DNA of 64,000 bases from Dehalococcoidia bacterium (GTDB lineage: Bacteria > Chloroflexota > Dehalococcoidia > Lucifugimonadales > UBA3495). A program made the translations under genes and the position numbers. Positions 19,798-27,929 of the stretch are shown piece by piece. The DNA is taken from assembly GCA_965232845.1 (NCBI GenBank), contig OZ247428.1, positions 1,703,483 to 1,767,482 of the forward strand. The letters are read 5' to 3'. The notes beneath the pieces are model-generated. The model did no database searches. It was not told the DNA's origin and saw nothing but the letters and a program-made list of their open reading frames with translations. Each line of letters begins with the position of its first letter. Position 1 is the stretch's first letter.

Positions 19798-20193
19798 CTA
19801 CTTCGTGCTCAATGTCGTCCCGTACTTGTCCAGCAGTGCCATGAACAGATCGTGGCGCGGCTGGTTCGTTTCATCCTCCTCGGACTTGCGAAGGTATATT
19901 CGCAGGACCGGGTCCAGATTTTCGTCCATGAACCATACCGAATAGCTGGGAAGCCCCTCATCGTTCATGCGGTGTATAAGGCGGATTTCTTCAACCTTAT
20001 CCAGGTACATGTGAAGGTGAGTACCTTCCTGGGCCATGAAGGTAACAATGTTCCCGTCTTCAGAAAACCGGAGGTCGTCCAGCATCATGTAGACTTCGGA
20101 GGTCGCGGCGGTGTTGGATAACATGAGGACTACTTCATTGAAACCTACCTCGTGGAATCCTTGCTGGCACTCTTCAAGAATTTGGCGTAACAT
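19798..20193 (-). CDS. Small cytosolic protein, possibly ChuX/HemS-like tetrapyrrole-binding fold
   Basis: 131 aa with RBS GGAGGG 5 nt upstream. The C-terminal pattern HLHMYLDKVEEIRLIHR...SYSVWFMDENLDPVLRIYLRK resembles the repeated HemS/ChuX motif. This is a by-eye call only. It is the first ORF of the B12-riboswitch operon. Confidence 0.35.
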   Translation of the reverse strand: MLRQILEECQQGFHEVGFNEVVLMLSNTAATSEVYMMLDDLRFSEDGNIVTFMAQEGTHLHMYLDKVEEIRLIHRMNDEGLPSYSVWFMDENLDPVLRIYLRKSEEDETNQPRHDLFMALLDKYGTTLSTK

Positions 20194-20302
20194 GCAACCC
20201 TCCGAACCGGGACGTGATGCGCACCATTATGCTGTCTTGGGCCGGATAAATCCACCGAATGTCCCGCCAGGTTTCCTGGACCGGAAAGCGGGGACTCGAA
20301 TA

Positions 20303-20406
20303 GAGAGACGACTGGATGGTCTGCCAAGGCACAGTTGCCTGCGCCTGTCGGCCAAGAGGGGAGGAGGTCCTGCTAGGCCTGTTTGGAAACCATCCAGTCG
20401 TCTCTC
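20303..20406 (-). repeat. Perfect 18-bp inverted repeat (long hairpin) inside the cob operon leader
   Basis: GAGAGACGACTGGATGGT (20303-20320) is the exact reverse complement of 20389-20406. The arms are separated by a 68-nt loop that has internal pairing. Confidence 0.8.
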
Positions 20407-20495
20407 AACTGTTGAGTCCAACGATTCTCTCGTTGAACGGGCAAATTGCAATGGGCTCCTGATGGGCTGGGTATAAATTCTCATCTCTACCTGGC

Positions 20496-20528
20496 AAACA
20501 AAAAAAGCCTGACCTTCGTGGTCAGGCT
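20496..20528 (-). terminator. Intrinsic terminator (expression platform of the cobalamin riboswitch)
   Basis: 9-bp stem AGCCTGACC/GGTCAGGCT (20506-20514 / 20520-20528). On the minus strand it is followed by TTTTTTTGTTT. Confidence 0.75.
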
Positions 20529-20539
20529 TTAAATTTCAT

Positions 20540-20790
20540 TCACTCATACACCTTTCCGCGAAGCGTATCCAGTCCAGGCCCGAGGGCAGGTCTCCTGGCT
20601 TCTGGCTGTTAACGAGCTACTCCACCTTCCCAGTCCTACCTCAGGACCAGTGGTCTGCTAAAGCATGCTAGGAGCAGTTCTCGCCAGTTACAGTGGCGCG
20701 ACCACGCCGGATTCTCACCGGCTTCCCTTTTCAACCCCACTAACGCGGGGCCACCATCAGGCTCTCTTAAATTGTTAAGCGCCAAACCGG
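20540..20790 (-). promoter_or_regulatory. Cobalamin (AdoCbl) riboswitch
   Basis: The minus strand reads ...AAAAGGGAAGCCGGTGAGAATCCGGCGTGGTCGCGCCACTGTAA...CCACTGGTCCTGAGGTAGGACTGGGAAGGTGG...AGCCAGGAGACCTGCC. The last element is the B12 box at 20585-20600. The outer boundaries are approximate. Confidence 0.9.
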
Positions 20791-20804
20791 GGTTCGACAC
20801 AACC

Positions 20805-20833
20805 ACTGTATAACACGGGAAGCCCTGAGTCAA
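20805..20833 (-). promoter_or_regulatory. Sigma70-like promoter of the riboswitch/cob operon
   Basis: The minus strand carries TTGACT (20833-20828), a 17-nt spacer and TACAGT (20810-20805), placed just upstream of the riboswitch. Confidence 0.5.
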
Positions 20834-21065
20834 GGAAAACAGGATAGTTAGCTTCTGTAAGAGTGGTCGGCGCAATTGGAGTCCCCGCGATGGAACGCCG
20901 GATTTACTACGGGATTGTTGAGGCTGGTCAAAACTTGTTCAACCGAACGTGACTGCCCTTGGGCAATTGCGCCCGTTTTCGCCATGTGTTAATTTCCTCG
21001 CACCTGTTCAATTGACGGAAAGAATGCACCCTGACTATCCCTCAAGGGCGCAGTTTGGAGGAAGG

Positions 21066-21833
21066 ATGAGACTGGAAGGAAAGACGGCGTTAATTACCGG
21101 CGCCAGCCGGAACATTGGCCGCGAGGTAGCGTTGACCTTTGCCCGGGAGGGCGCTGACCTGGTACTGAATACCCGGCAAAGCCGTCAGGAACTGGAGGAA
21201 GTTGCGGCAGAATGCCGGGAGCTTGGCGTCAATACCCACCTGGCCATGGGCGATGTATCAGAACCGGACACCGCTGCCGGTATCGTCGAGGAGGGTATCG
21301 AAGCGCTCGGCAAAGTCGATGTCCTGGTCAGCAACGTGGCCATCCGTCCGCATAAACCTATTCTGGACATTTCCAACGAGGAATGGCGGCAGGTGATGGA
21401 AATCAACCTGTTCCCCGCCTTCTATCTGATAAAGGCGGCGCTTCCCGGGATGATGGAGCGGCGCAACGGCAGCATCATCGCACTGGGAGGCCAATCGGCA
21501 ATCACCGGGCGGCCGGAGACATCCCTGGTAACCACTGCCAAGACCGGTTTGCTGGGGCTTATCCGTGCGGTGGCGGCGGAAATGGCTCCCTATAACATTC
21601 GCGCAAACATGGTCAACCCCGGTTCAACGGACACTTCCCGCGCCCACCCCGAGTGGTATCCCGAGTTCCAGGAAGTGGACCGGGGTTCCAACGAGCACTT
21701 GTCCGGTTTACCCATGCTCCGGCAAGCCACCGTGAGAGACATAGCGGAAGCTTGCCTTTTCTTCGCATCCGACGAGTCGGGCTACATTACAGGTGACAGG
21801 CTCAACGTTATGGGAGGCCGCTACATCTTCTAG
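21066..21833 (+). CDS. SDR-family oxidoreductase (atypical active site), paralog of 3558..4310
   Basis: TGASRNIGRE Rossmann motif. The start was set at ATG 21066 (GGAGGAAGG RBS) rather than the GTG at 20949. The YxxxK position reads VTTAK. Confidence 0.8.
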   Translation: MRLEGKTALITGASRNIGREVALTFAREGADLVLNTRQSRQELEEVAAECRELGVNTHLAMGDVSEPDTAAGIVEEGIEALGKVDVLVSNVAIRPHKPILDISNEEWRQVMEINLFPAFYLIKAALPGMMERRNGSIIALGGQSAITGRPETSLVTTAKTGLLGLIRAVAAEMAPYNIRANMVNPGSTDTSRAHPEWYPEFQEVDRGSNEHLSGLPMLRQATVRDIAEACLFFASDESGYITGDRLNVMGGRYIF

Positions 21834-22016
21834 ACGGGCTACCAGTCAGACGGGCTACCAGTGGTGTAAACGTGGCGCCAGCGGCGGCGCTGGCTGAGGC
21901 ACTGCCGCCGCCGGACTTTGCCGGGATTTAAGAGGACTAGAGCCCGCGCACACCTGTCTTCAACAGGCAAAGGGTGAAAACCCTGTCGGCGCTGCGACTT
22001 TGGGCCGGTATTCCGC

Positions 22017-23021
22017 CTATTTCCCCGGTTGGGACCAGACCAGGCAGGCGGCGCCCATCATTCCCGGGGCGTCACCCAGGCGGCTCGGGATAAGCCTGAA
22101 GTCCTTGTGGCCTTCAGTCATTGCGCGCTGCTGCATCTGGCTGTAGATGCGGGGAAGCAGACCCATGCCCACCAGGCCGAAGGTAACACCACCGCCCATC
22201 ACCAGCAGATTGGGGTTATAAAGACTGAGCAGATTGGTCAGGCCCACGGCCAGGCTGTCGATAACATCGTTGAGAATAGTCCAGGCCAGCGTATCCCCTT
22301 GTGCGGCAGCGTCAAACACCCGCTCCGCCGATATCAGGGCAGGCTCCAATTCCGACAAGACGCTGTCCTTGTGCTCCGGTTCCGTTGCCAACTGTCGCGC
22401 AACACGGGCGATGGAAGTGCCCGACGCCAACGCTTCCAGGCAACCGGTATTTCCGCACTGGCATAACGGGGCATCGGGCCGGCGATCGATGACCATGTGC
22501 CCGACCTCCGCAGCCAGCCCATGCGTGCCCAGGAGCATTCTTCCCCGATCAATAACTCCGCCGCCGACGCCGGTGCTTACGGTCACGTAAACGAGACTGT
22601 TGGTATCCTGCCTGCTGTGGCGAGCCTCCAAACCGGCGCCGTAAACGAACTCACCCAGGGCAGCCAGGTTGGCGTCATTGCCGACGTGGACCGGCAGTTC
22701 CAGTTTGGGCTCCCAAAGGGCCTTCAGGGAAACACCGTTCAAGGGAGCCAGGTTCGGTGGCTCGCGGAGCGTTCCCGTATCCGAGTCAACGGGGCCCGCG
22801 GCAGCTATTCCCAGACCTGCAACCGAACGTCCCGTCCCACACCAGTCCTTCGCCTGCTGGACCAATGCCTCGGTGTCGGCCAGCAACTGGTCCTTGCCGG
22901 CCCCGGCGGCGTTCCGTACCCGGGACTGCCAGAGAATTTCACCTTCCCGGTTGACCACCGCAATGCGGCTCCAGGTCCCGCCCCAGTCCATAGCCAGGGC
23001 AACATCAGCTTCCTGGGTCAT
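22017..23021 (-). CDS. ROK-family sugar kinase
   Basis: 334 aa with an N-terminal DWGGT ATPase motif and the ROK zinc motif CQCGNTGCLEALASG. There is no N-terminal HTH, so it is kinase-type rather than repressor-type. Confidence 0.8.
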   Translation of the reverse strand: MTQEADVALAMDWGGTWSRIAVVNREGEILWQSRVRNAAGAGKDQLLADTEALVQQAKDWCGTGRSVAGLGIAAAGPVDSDTGTLREPPNLAPLNGVSLKALWEPKLELPVHVGNDANLAALGEFVYGAGLEARHSRQDTNSLVYVTVSTGVGGGVIDRGRMLLGTHGLAAEVGHMVIDRRPDAPLCQCGNTGCLEALASGTSIARVARQLATEPEHKDSVLSELEPALISAERVFDAAAQGDTLAWTILNDVIDSLAVGLTNLLSLYNPNLLVMGGGVTFGLVGMGLLPRIYSQMQQRAMTEGHKDFRLIPSRLGDAPGMMGAACLVWSQPGK

Positions 23022-23292
23022 AGTCCACTACCCTTCCTCTCCCGTAATCTGGCTCTCCGCGCCAGTTCTGTGCTACGCAATTGTCGCCCAATCTTATACT
23101 GCCTTAACCAAAATGAGAACTGGAATTGAAGGGCTGGAGAACAATCCCACTGTCCGGCAGTACCAGGAATTCTGAGTCCCCGCCGCATCCTTTCGAGGAG
23201 TGGCGGAACTTTCCAGCTTGACATCATACCAAGAGAAGCAGCGGGCCAAGAGAAGCAGCGGGCGGGTTCCGCATCTACAAGCCAGTCCTGCG

Positions 23293-23850
23293 CTATTCAA
23301 CCAGGAGTTGGTCCAGAGTCTCCTTCAACTTATCGGGCCGAATGGGGCCAACGAACTTTTGCCTCACCACACCATCACGGTCAATGAAAAACTTTTCCGG
23401 TATGCCTTTGACGCCGTAATCTATCGCGATAATGCCGTCCGCGTCCACGCCGTTGGGATAGCTTATTCCAAAGTCCTCGACGTAAGTCGCAGCGTTGTCT
23501 GGCAGGTCCCAGATGTTCACCCCGACAAACTCCACATCCGCGTCAGCGTATTCCTGGTAGCTCTGTTCCAGGACAGGCGCCTCCTGCCGGCACGGGGCGC
23601 ACCAGGAGGCCCAGAAATCCACCAGCACCACCTTCCCCCTCAAATCCGACAGCGCAATCGCGCCGCCATCGTGAAGAGCGAGGGTGAAATCCCGGGCAGG
23701 CTCGGACTCAACTTCTTCCACCCCGAACTGGGTGTTAACTCCCAGTCCTCCCGCTTGCCCACCGGTCTGAAGCGAGGCCCAGACCAGTATGCCCAGAAAG
23801 GCGACAATCGGCACACCCGTGGCCAGCAATATCCAAACGCGCCTGCTCAC
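23293..23850 (-). CDS. TlpA/ResA/CcmG-like membrane-anchored thiol:disulfide oxidoreductase
   Basis: An N-terminal TM helix is followed by a thioredoxin fold with a WCAPC active site. GTGA start/stop overlap with the upstream ORF. Confidence 0.8.
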   Translation of the reverse strand: MSRRVWILLATGVPIVAFLGILVWASLQTGGQAGGLGVNTQFGVEEVESEPARDFTLALHDGGAIALSDLRGKVVLVDFWASWCAPCRQEAPVLEQSYQEYADADVEFVGVNIWDLPDNAATYVEDFGISYPNGVDADGIIAIDYGVKGIPEKFFIDRDGVVRQKFVGPIRPDKLKETLDQLLVE

Positions 23851-25115
23851 GGACCGGTTTGCCCACCGTTGATATCAGGCGAGGCCTGACGAAGTTGGGT
23901 CATCAGTTCTTCCCGGCGAGGCCGATATTCCTCATTCTCCACTTGCCCCCGTTCATACCTCTCGTCCAGGACAGCGATGGCCTGAACTGCAGACTGTCGG
24001 CGTGATTGCTGCAGACCGTCGGCGGTGAACTCCGCGGCAGCGCCAGCAGTCCTCGGCGCGCGAAACCAGGCCCAGAACAGAACGGCAGCCAGGGCGACTC
24101 CCAGCATGACAGGGATGGCACCCAGCCAAATATCGCCATCCTTCACCTGGTTCAAGAACCTGCTCCAAATTCCGGGCTGCGGTAACTGGGTAATCTGTAG
24201 CGAAACACCGCGGCCGGGAGGAACTTCAGTGGCCTCCCAAACAAGATAGGCCGTCCCACTAACGTCGATGCGAGGTTTGGGCTCCAGGGGTAGCACCTGA
24301 ATTTGGGACAAGGAAGCCGGGGCCAGGACCTGGTATTGTTCAGCTCCCTGGATCAGGCGCTGGTTGAAGGTGACACTGTCCCCCGCATAGGGGAACTTGT
24401 AGGTGTAGGTTATTTCGTGCTCACCCGGCAGAACAGGGGAGGTTACCGCAAATCCCGTTCCCATGGGAATGATGTCGCCGCCGGGCAAGGTTGACTGTAC
24501 AGACAGTTCAATGGCATCAACCGGCAGCGAAAAGCGCAGGAAGTTAATGTCGGCGGGATTGGTGATGTTGGTCAACTCTGGAAGCAGGGTCCTGTCGCTG
24601 GTGTTGCTGACGCCAAGCACTTCCAGGGCCCTTACCTCTCGGTCGGTCTCATTAATGTCGGCAATAATCATGGCCTGGCGGTCAACGCGAATCACCCCGA
24701 TATCTCCGGTAGTCTCATATACCGTCAATTCAGCTGGTTCAGCCAGGGCGTCGGAGTCCAGGAGTTCGCTGTAGCGCATGTCGGCATAATCCATCACGAG
24801 GACGTAGCTGCCGTCACTGCCCAAGGGGGTAATCGCCTCAAAGGTGAACTCGCCCTCCTCGTCGGTGGCAGTGTTGTACGTTGCCACGCGACCGGCATCC
24901 TGGGCGATGGCATGAAGGGTTACCGGCAGGTTGGAGGGTACTTGCCCCCCAATCGTGCCGTTGCTTACCTTGCCCACTACTGGAAATGTATCCGGGGCCT
25001 GGGCGGCAATCGGAGCCGCACCGTGCATGACCAAACTGATCAGCAAGAGACAGAGTACCAGGGGAAAGGCCAGGGGCAGTACCAGGGCCGGATGAAGAAA
25101 GCTATGTAAGTTCAT
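23847..25115 (-). CDS. Membrane-associated protein of the cytochrome c maturation cluster (function unknown)
   Basis: 422 aa. It has a signal/TM at the N-terminus, a large extracytoplasmic region, one C-terminal TM, and then a helical tail AVLDERYERGQVENEEYRPRREELMTQL. Confidence 0.5.
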   Translation of the reverse strand: MNLHSFLHPALVLPLAFPLVLCLLLISLVMHGAAPIAAQAPDTFPVVGKVSNGTIGGQVPSNLPVTLHAIAQDAGRVATYNTATDEEGEFTFEAITPLGSDGSYVLVMDYADMRYSELLDSDALAEPAELTVYETTGDIGVIRVDRQAMIIADINETDREVRALEVLGVSNTSDRTLLPELTNITNPADINFLRFSLPVDAIELSVQSTLPGGDIIPMGTGFAVTSPVLPGEHEITYTYKFPYAGDSVTFNQRLIQGAEQYQVLAPASLSQIQVLPLEPKPRIDVSGTAYLVWEATEVPPGRGVSLQITQLPQPGIWSRFLNQVKDGDIWLGAIPVMLGVALAAVLFWAWFRAPRTAGAAAEFTADGLQQSRRQSAVQAIAVLDERYERGQVENEEYRPRREELMTQLRQASPDINGGQTGP

Positions 25116-25142
25116 ATCTTGAGTATTTTACTCACAACGAAA

Positions 25143-25269
25143 TTATGGGGAGTTGTCCTTGGTTTGCGAGGACACCACTACGCCGCATTCCGGGCAGTTG
25201 TCATTATTAAGGGGCGTTGTCCCCGGTTTGCGGGGACACCGCCACGCCGCACTCCGGGCAGTTGTCATT
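25143..25269 (-). repeat. Tandem duplication of the 3' end of the zinc-ribbon gene
   Basis: Two 63-nt units (25143-25205 and 25207-25269) differ at 7 positions by my count. The second copy lies after a triple stop and is out of frame. Confidence 0.85.
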
Positions 25270-25701
25270 TCCCACGGGAACGGGGCGGGCGCAATTGGAA
25301 CAGGAAAAACCGCCGCCGCTGGGGCTATACAGCCCTGCACGGGCCAACTTGATCTCTTCCTCCAGGGACGGGTCAGTCTCCAGGGACGGGTCCGTGTCTC
25401 CGCTTCGGAAACCATCCCGGTCTCTCAATACCAGGGCAGCCTGCATTCGATAACCGTTAAGTTGCTCCCGATACAACCCTTCCGGGATGTTTCCCAACTC
25501 ACGCTCCAATTGCAAAGTGCGAATGGCATCGTAAATTGACTCCAGGTCGTCGGAAAGCACAGGAGTTTCCCCGCCACCTTCTTTGCCGGACGCGTCGCGC
25601 ATTTCGCTGGCGGAGGTACCGAAAAAGCGTCGCTGCAGAAATGGATAGACCGCAACGGCAACGCTCAACAGGGCCAGAATTGCCCCGAGGGTTATCGCCA
25701 T
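25207..25701 (-). CDS. Small membrane protein with CcmI-N-terminal-like helix and C-terminal zinc ribbon
   Basis: An N-terminal TM (MAITLGAILALLSVAVAVYPF) is followed by IYDAIRTLQLERELGNIPEGLYREQL and a C-terminal CSNC...CPEC. The ATG at 25701 is preferred over the start at 25734. Confidence 0.5.
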   Translation of the reverse strand: MAITLGAILALLSVAVAVYPFLQRRFFGTSASEMRDASGKEGGGETPVLSDDLESIYDAIRTLQLERELGNIPEGLYREQLNGYRMQAALVLRDRDGFRSGDTDPSLETDPSLEEEIKLARAGLYSPSGGGFSCSNCARPVPVGNDNCPECGVAVSPQTGDNAP

Positions 25702-25756
25702 GGAGTCGCCCCGGCCAACGAATTGGGGCCACATTCCGAGATTGAGAACAAGGAGT

Positions 25757-27772
25757 TCATACCGCTGTTGGTCGGGTTTCGCCCGAGTTGGCCGCCACCG
25801 CCGCCGGCCTGAAAACCCTTACCGGTTCCCTGACCCTTTCCGGCCACAGCGACACCACCGTGCCCAGGATCAGCACCGGACCGGCTACCCACATCCACCA
25901 GATGAGCGGATTAACCAGTATGCGAAAGCCCACCGAGCCGTCGGGCAGGTTCTCGCTGGGAACCGCGTAAAAATCCTCTACCGGCGTGGACCGGATTGCC
26001 GCCAGCGTTGAGGCCATGTTGAACGAGGGGTAGAAACTCCGGCGAGCCTGCATCTCTTCCAGCAGCGCCCCGTCGCGGTACAACTCAAGGGTGGATATGT
26101 ACTCGGTACGGTCGGACTTTATGGCCTGGGAAGTCTCAAGATAGCGCAACTCGTACCCGGCGATCTCATAGCTGTCGCCCGGGGCCAGCACCACGTCGCG
26201 TTGAAGGTCAAAAAGCGAGCCACCCAATACTCCCAACGCCACCATCACCACCGCCAGGTGAACAATGTACCCGCCATAACGAGGGCGGTTTCCCGCAATC
26301 AGGCGAAGTAGAGCCACCGGATAGATCTCTCCCGAGTTGCGGTGCCGGGCCCGCATTCCGCGCCACCACTCCAGAAGAATTCCAGAGGATACCAGCGCGC
26401 AAAGCCCGAATCCGATGAGCGCAAAGGGCTGACGCGTAACCAGCGCTGCCAAAAAGACTGTCACTATGACCGCCGCGGAGGCCGGAATCAGCAGTGCCCG
26501 ACGCAGGCTGGCCCAGTTAGCCCGACGCCAGGGCAGCAGCGGGCCCACCCCCATCAAGAGGACCAGGACCAGCAGCAGTGGGCCGTTGACCTGATCGTAG
26601 AAGGGGCGGGCAATAGTGATCTGCTCTCCTCCACCCAGTTGCGCGAACAAGGGGTACACCGTTCCCCAGAGGGTAACGAAGGCAACGCCCAGGAGCAGAA
26701 TGTTATTCACCAGAAAAGCGGCCTCGCGGGACAGCATGGAATCCAGGTTTTGCGCGCTCTTCAGCAGGTTGTACCGCCAGATAAATATGGCAAAGGGAAT
26801 TATCACGCCCGCCGCAAGGAAGAGGAGGAAGACCCAGCCGAGGTTGGAAGCGCCAAAGGAGTGGACCGAGGGTACCGGCCCGCCCCGGTTCATAAACATT
26901 CCATAGAGAGCCAGTCCAAAGGCAACGTTTATCAGAACTATATTCCACATCCGGAACATACCCCGCCGTTTCTGTACCATGATGGAATGCACGAAGGCGG
27001 TCAAAGCCAGCCAGGGCATAAAGGCGGCGTTTTCCACCGGATCCCAGAACCAGAAGCCTCCCCAGCCCAGTATGGTGTAAGCCCACCAGGAGCCCAGCAG
27101 CAAGCCGCTGGCCAGCAAGGCCCAGGTGACTATCCCCCACATACGCCCCGTATCCGCCCACTCGTCCCTGGTCTTGCCACCCAGAAGTGCAGCCAGGGCA
27201 AAAGCGAAGGGGATACTCATCCCAATCAGGCCGGCCATCAGCGCCGGCGGGTGAAAGAACATGCCGAAGTGCGTCAGCAAGGGGTTTATGCCCTCGCCAT
27301 CAAGTGGGATAAAGGGGAGCTTGGCAAAGGGGTTAGCCATAAATGCCATTACGGCAATAAAGAAGGTTTGCACCACCATCAAGGTGGCGGTGGTGTAGGG
27401 CAAAACGTCTCGAACTCGCTCGGGAGCCCAGCGGATAGCCACGGCTGCCATCGCGGACAGGACGAAAGCAATGTAGAGCAGGGAGCCTTCGTTGCCAGCG
27501 TAGAAGGCCACCCAAGTGTAAATGTCGGCCATGGCGTTATTGCTGTGGGCGGCCACGTAGGCAACTTCGTAGTCACGGTTGATGAAGGAGCCTATCAGGC
27601 TAAGGGTGGCGACCAGCAGTACCAGCGCCAGGACGTAGACAGACCGCCGGGCGCTATCCACCAGTGAGGGAATCCCTTGTACCTTGCCTATCACTGAGCC
27701 AAAGAAGGCATAACAGGAAAGCGCCAGGGCAATCCAGAGGGAAATTTGACCCAAGTCAACCATAGCGGACAC
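25757..27772 (-). CDS. ccmF: Cytochrome c-type biogenesis protein CcmF (heme lyase)
   Basis: 671 aa with many TM helices and the WWD heme-handling motif WGGFWFWDPVENAAFMPWL. Confidence 0.9.
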   Translation of the reverse strand: MSAMVDLGQISLWIALALSCYAFFGSVIGKVQGIPSLVDSARRSVYVLALVLLVATLSLIGSFINRDYEVAYVAAHSNNAMADIYTWVAFYAGNEGSLLYIAFVLSAMAAVAIRWAPERVRDVLPYTTATLMVVQTFFIAVMAFMANPFAKLPFIPLDGEGINPLLTHFGMFFHPPALMAGLIGMSIPFAFALAALLGGKTRDEWADTGRMWGIVTWALLASGLLLGSWWAYTILGWGGFWFWDPVENAAFMPWLALTAFVHSIMVQKRRGMFRMWNIVLINVAFGLALYGMFMNRGGPVPSVHSFGASNLGWVFLLFLAAGVIIPFAIFIWRYNLLKSAQNLDSMLSREAAFLVNNILLLGVAFVTLWGTVYPLFAQLGGGEQITIARPFYDQVNGPLLLVLVLLMGVGPLLPWRRANWASLRRALLIPASAAVIVTVFLAALVTRQPFALIGFGLCALVSSGILLEWWRGMRARHRNSGEIYPVALLRLIAGNRPRYGGYIVHLAVVMVALGVLGGSLFDLQRDVVLAPGDSYEIAGYELRYLETSQAIKSDRTEYISTLELYRDGALLEEMQARRSFYPSFNMASTLAAIRSTPVEDFYAVPSENLPDGSVGFRILVNPLIWWMWVAGPVLILGTVVSLWPERVREPVRVFRPAAVAANSGETRPTAV

Positions 27773-27929
27773 TAGCTCTCTCTTAGAGTTGCGGGTGCAA
27801 AGTTAATAGAATATGGACACCGCATAATAGTATCACCTACTGTTATTACTGTAAATGTTGCGAAATTCGGTAATGCTTTGCGGATTCTGACAATACTCTT
27901 GTCGCCGAAAAGCTGTTAAGCCTCGTCTG

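Noticed and set aside
20194-20495. A second tandem cobalamin riboswitch in the long leader.
   Set aside because: No B12 box (AGCCAGGAGACCTGCC-like), no GCCACTG core and no GGTG..AATCC..GG element could be found on the minus strand. The region is kept only as an unassigned structured leader.
20949-21065. N-terminal 39-aa extension of the SDR from the GTG at 20949.
   Set aside because: The extension precedes the Rossmann motif with non-homologous sequence. The ATG at 21066 has a GGAGGAAGG RBS and aligns with the start of the paralog at 3558.
21833-21865. Short tandem direct repeat CAGACGGGCTACCAGT x2 after the SDR stop codon.
   Set aside because: There are only two 16-nt copies with no associated structure or feature. 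It is most likely a trivial slippage duplication.
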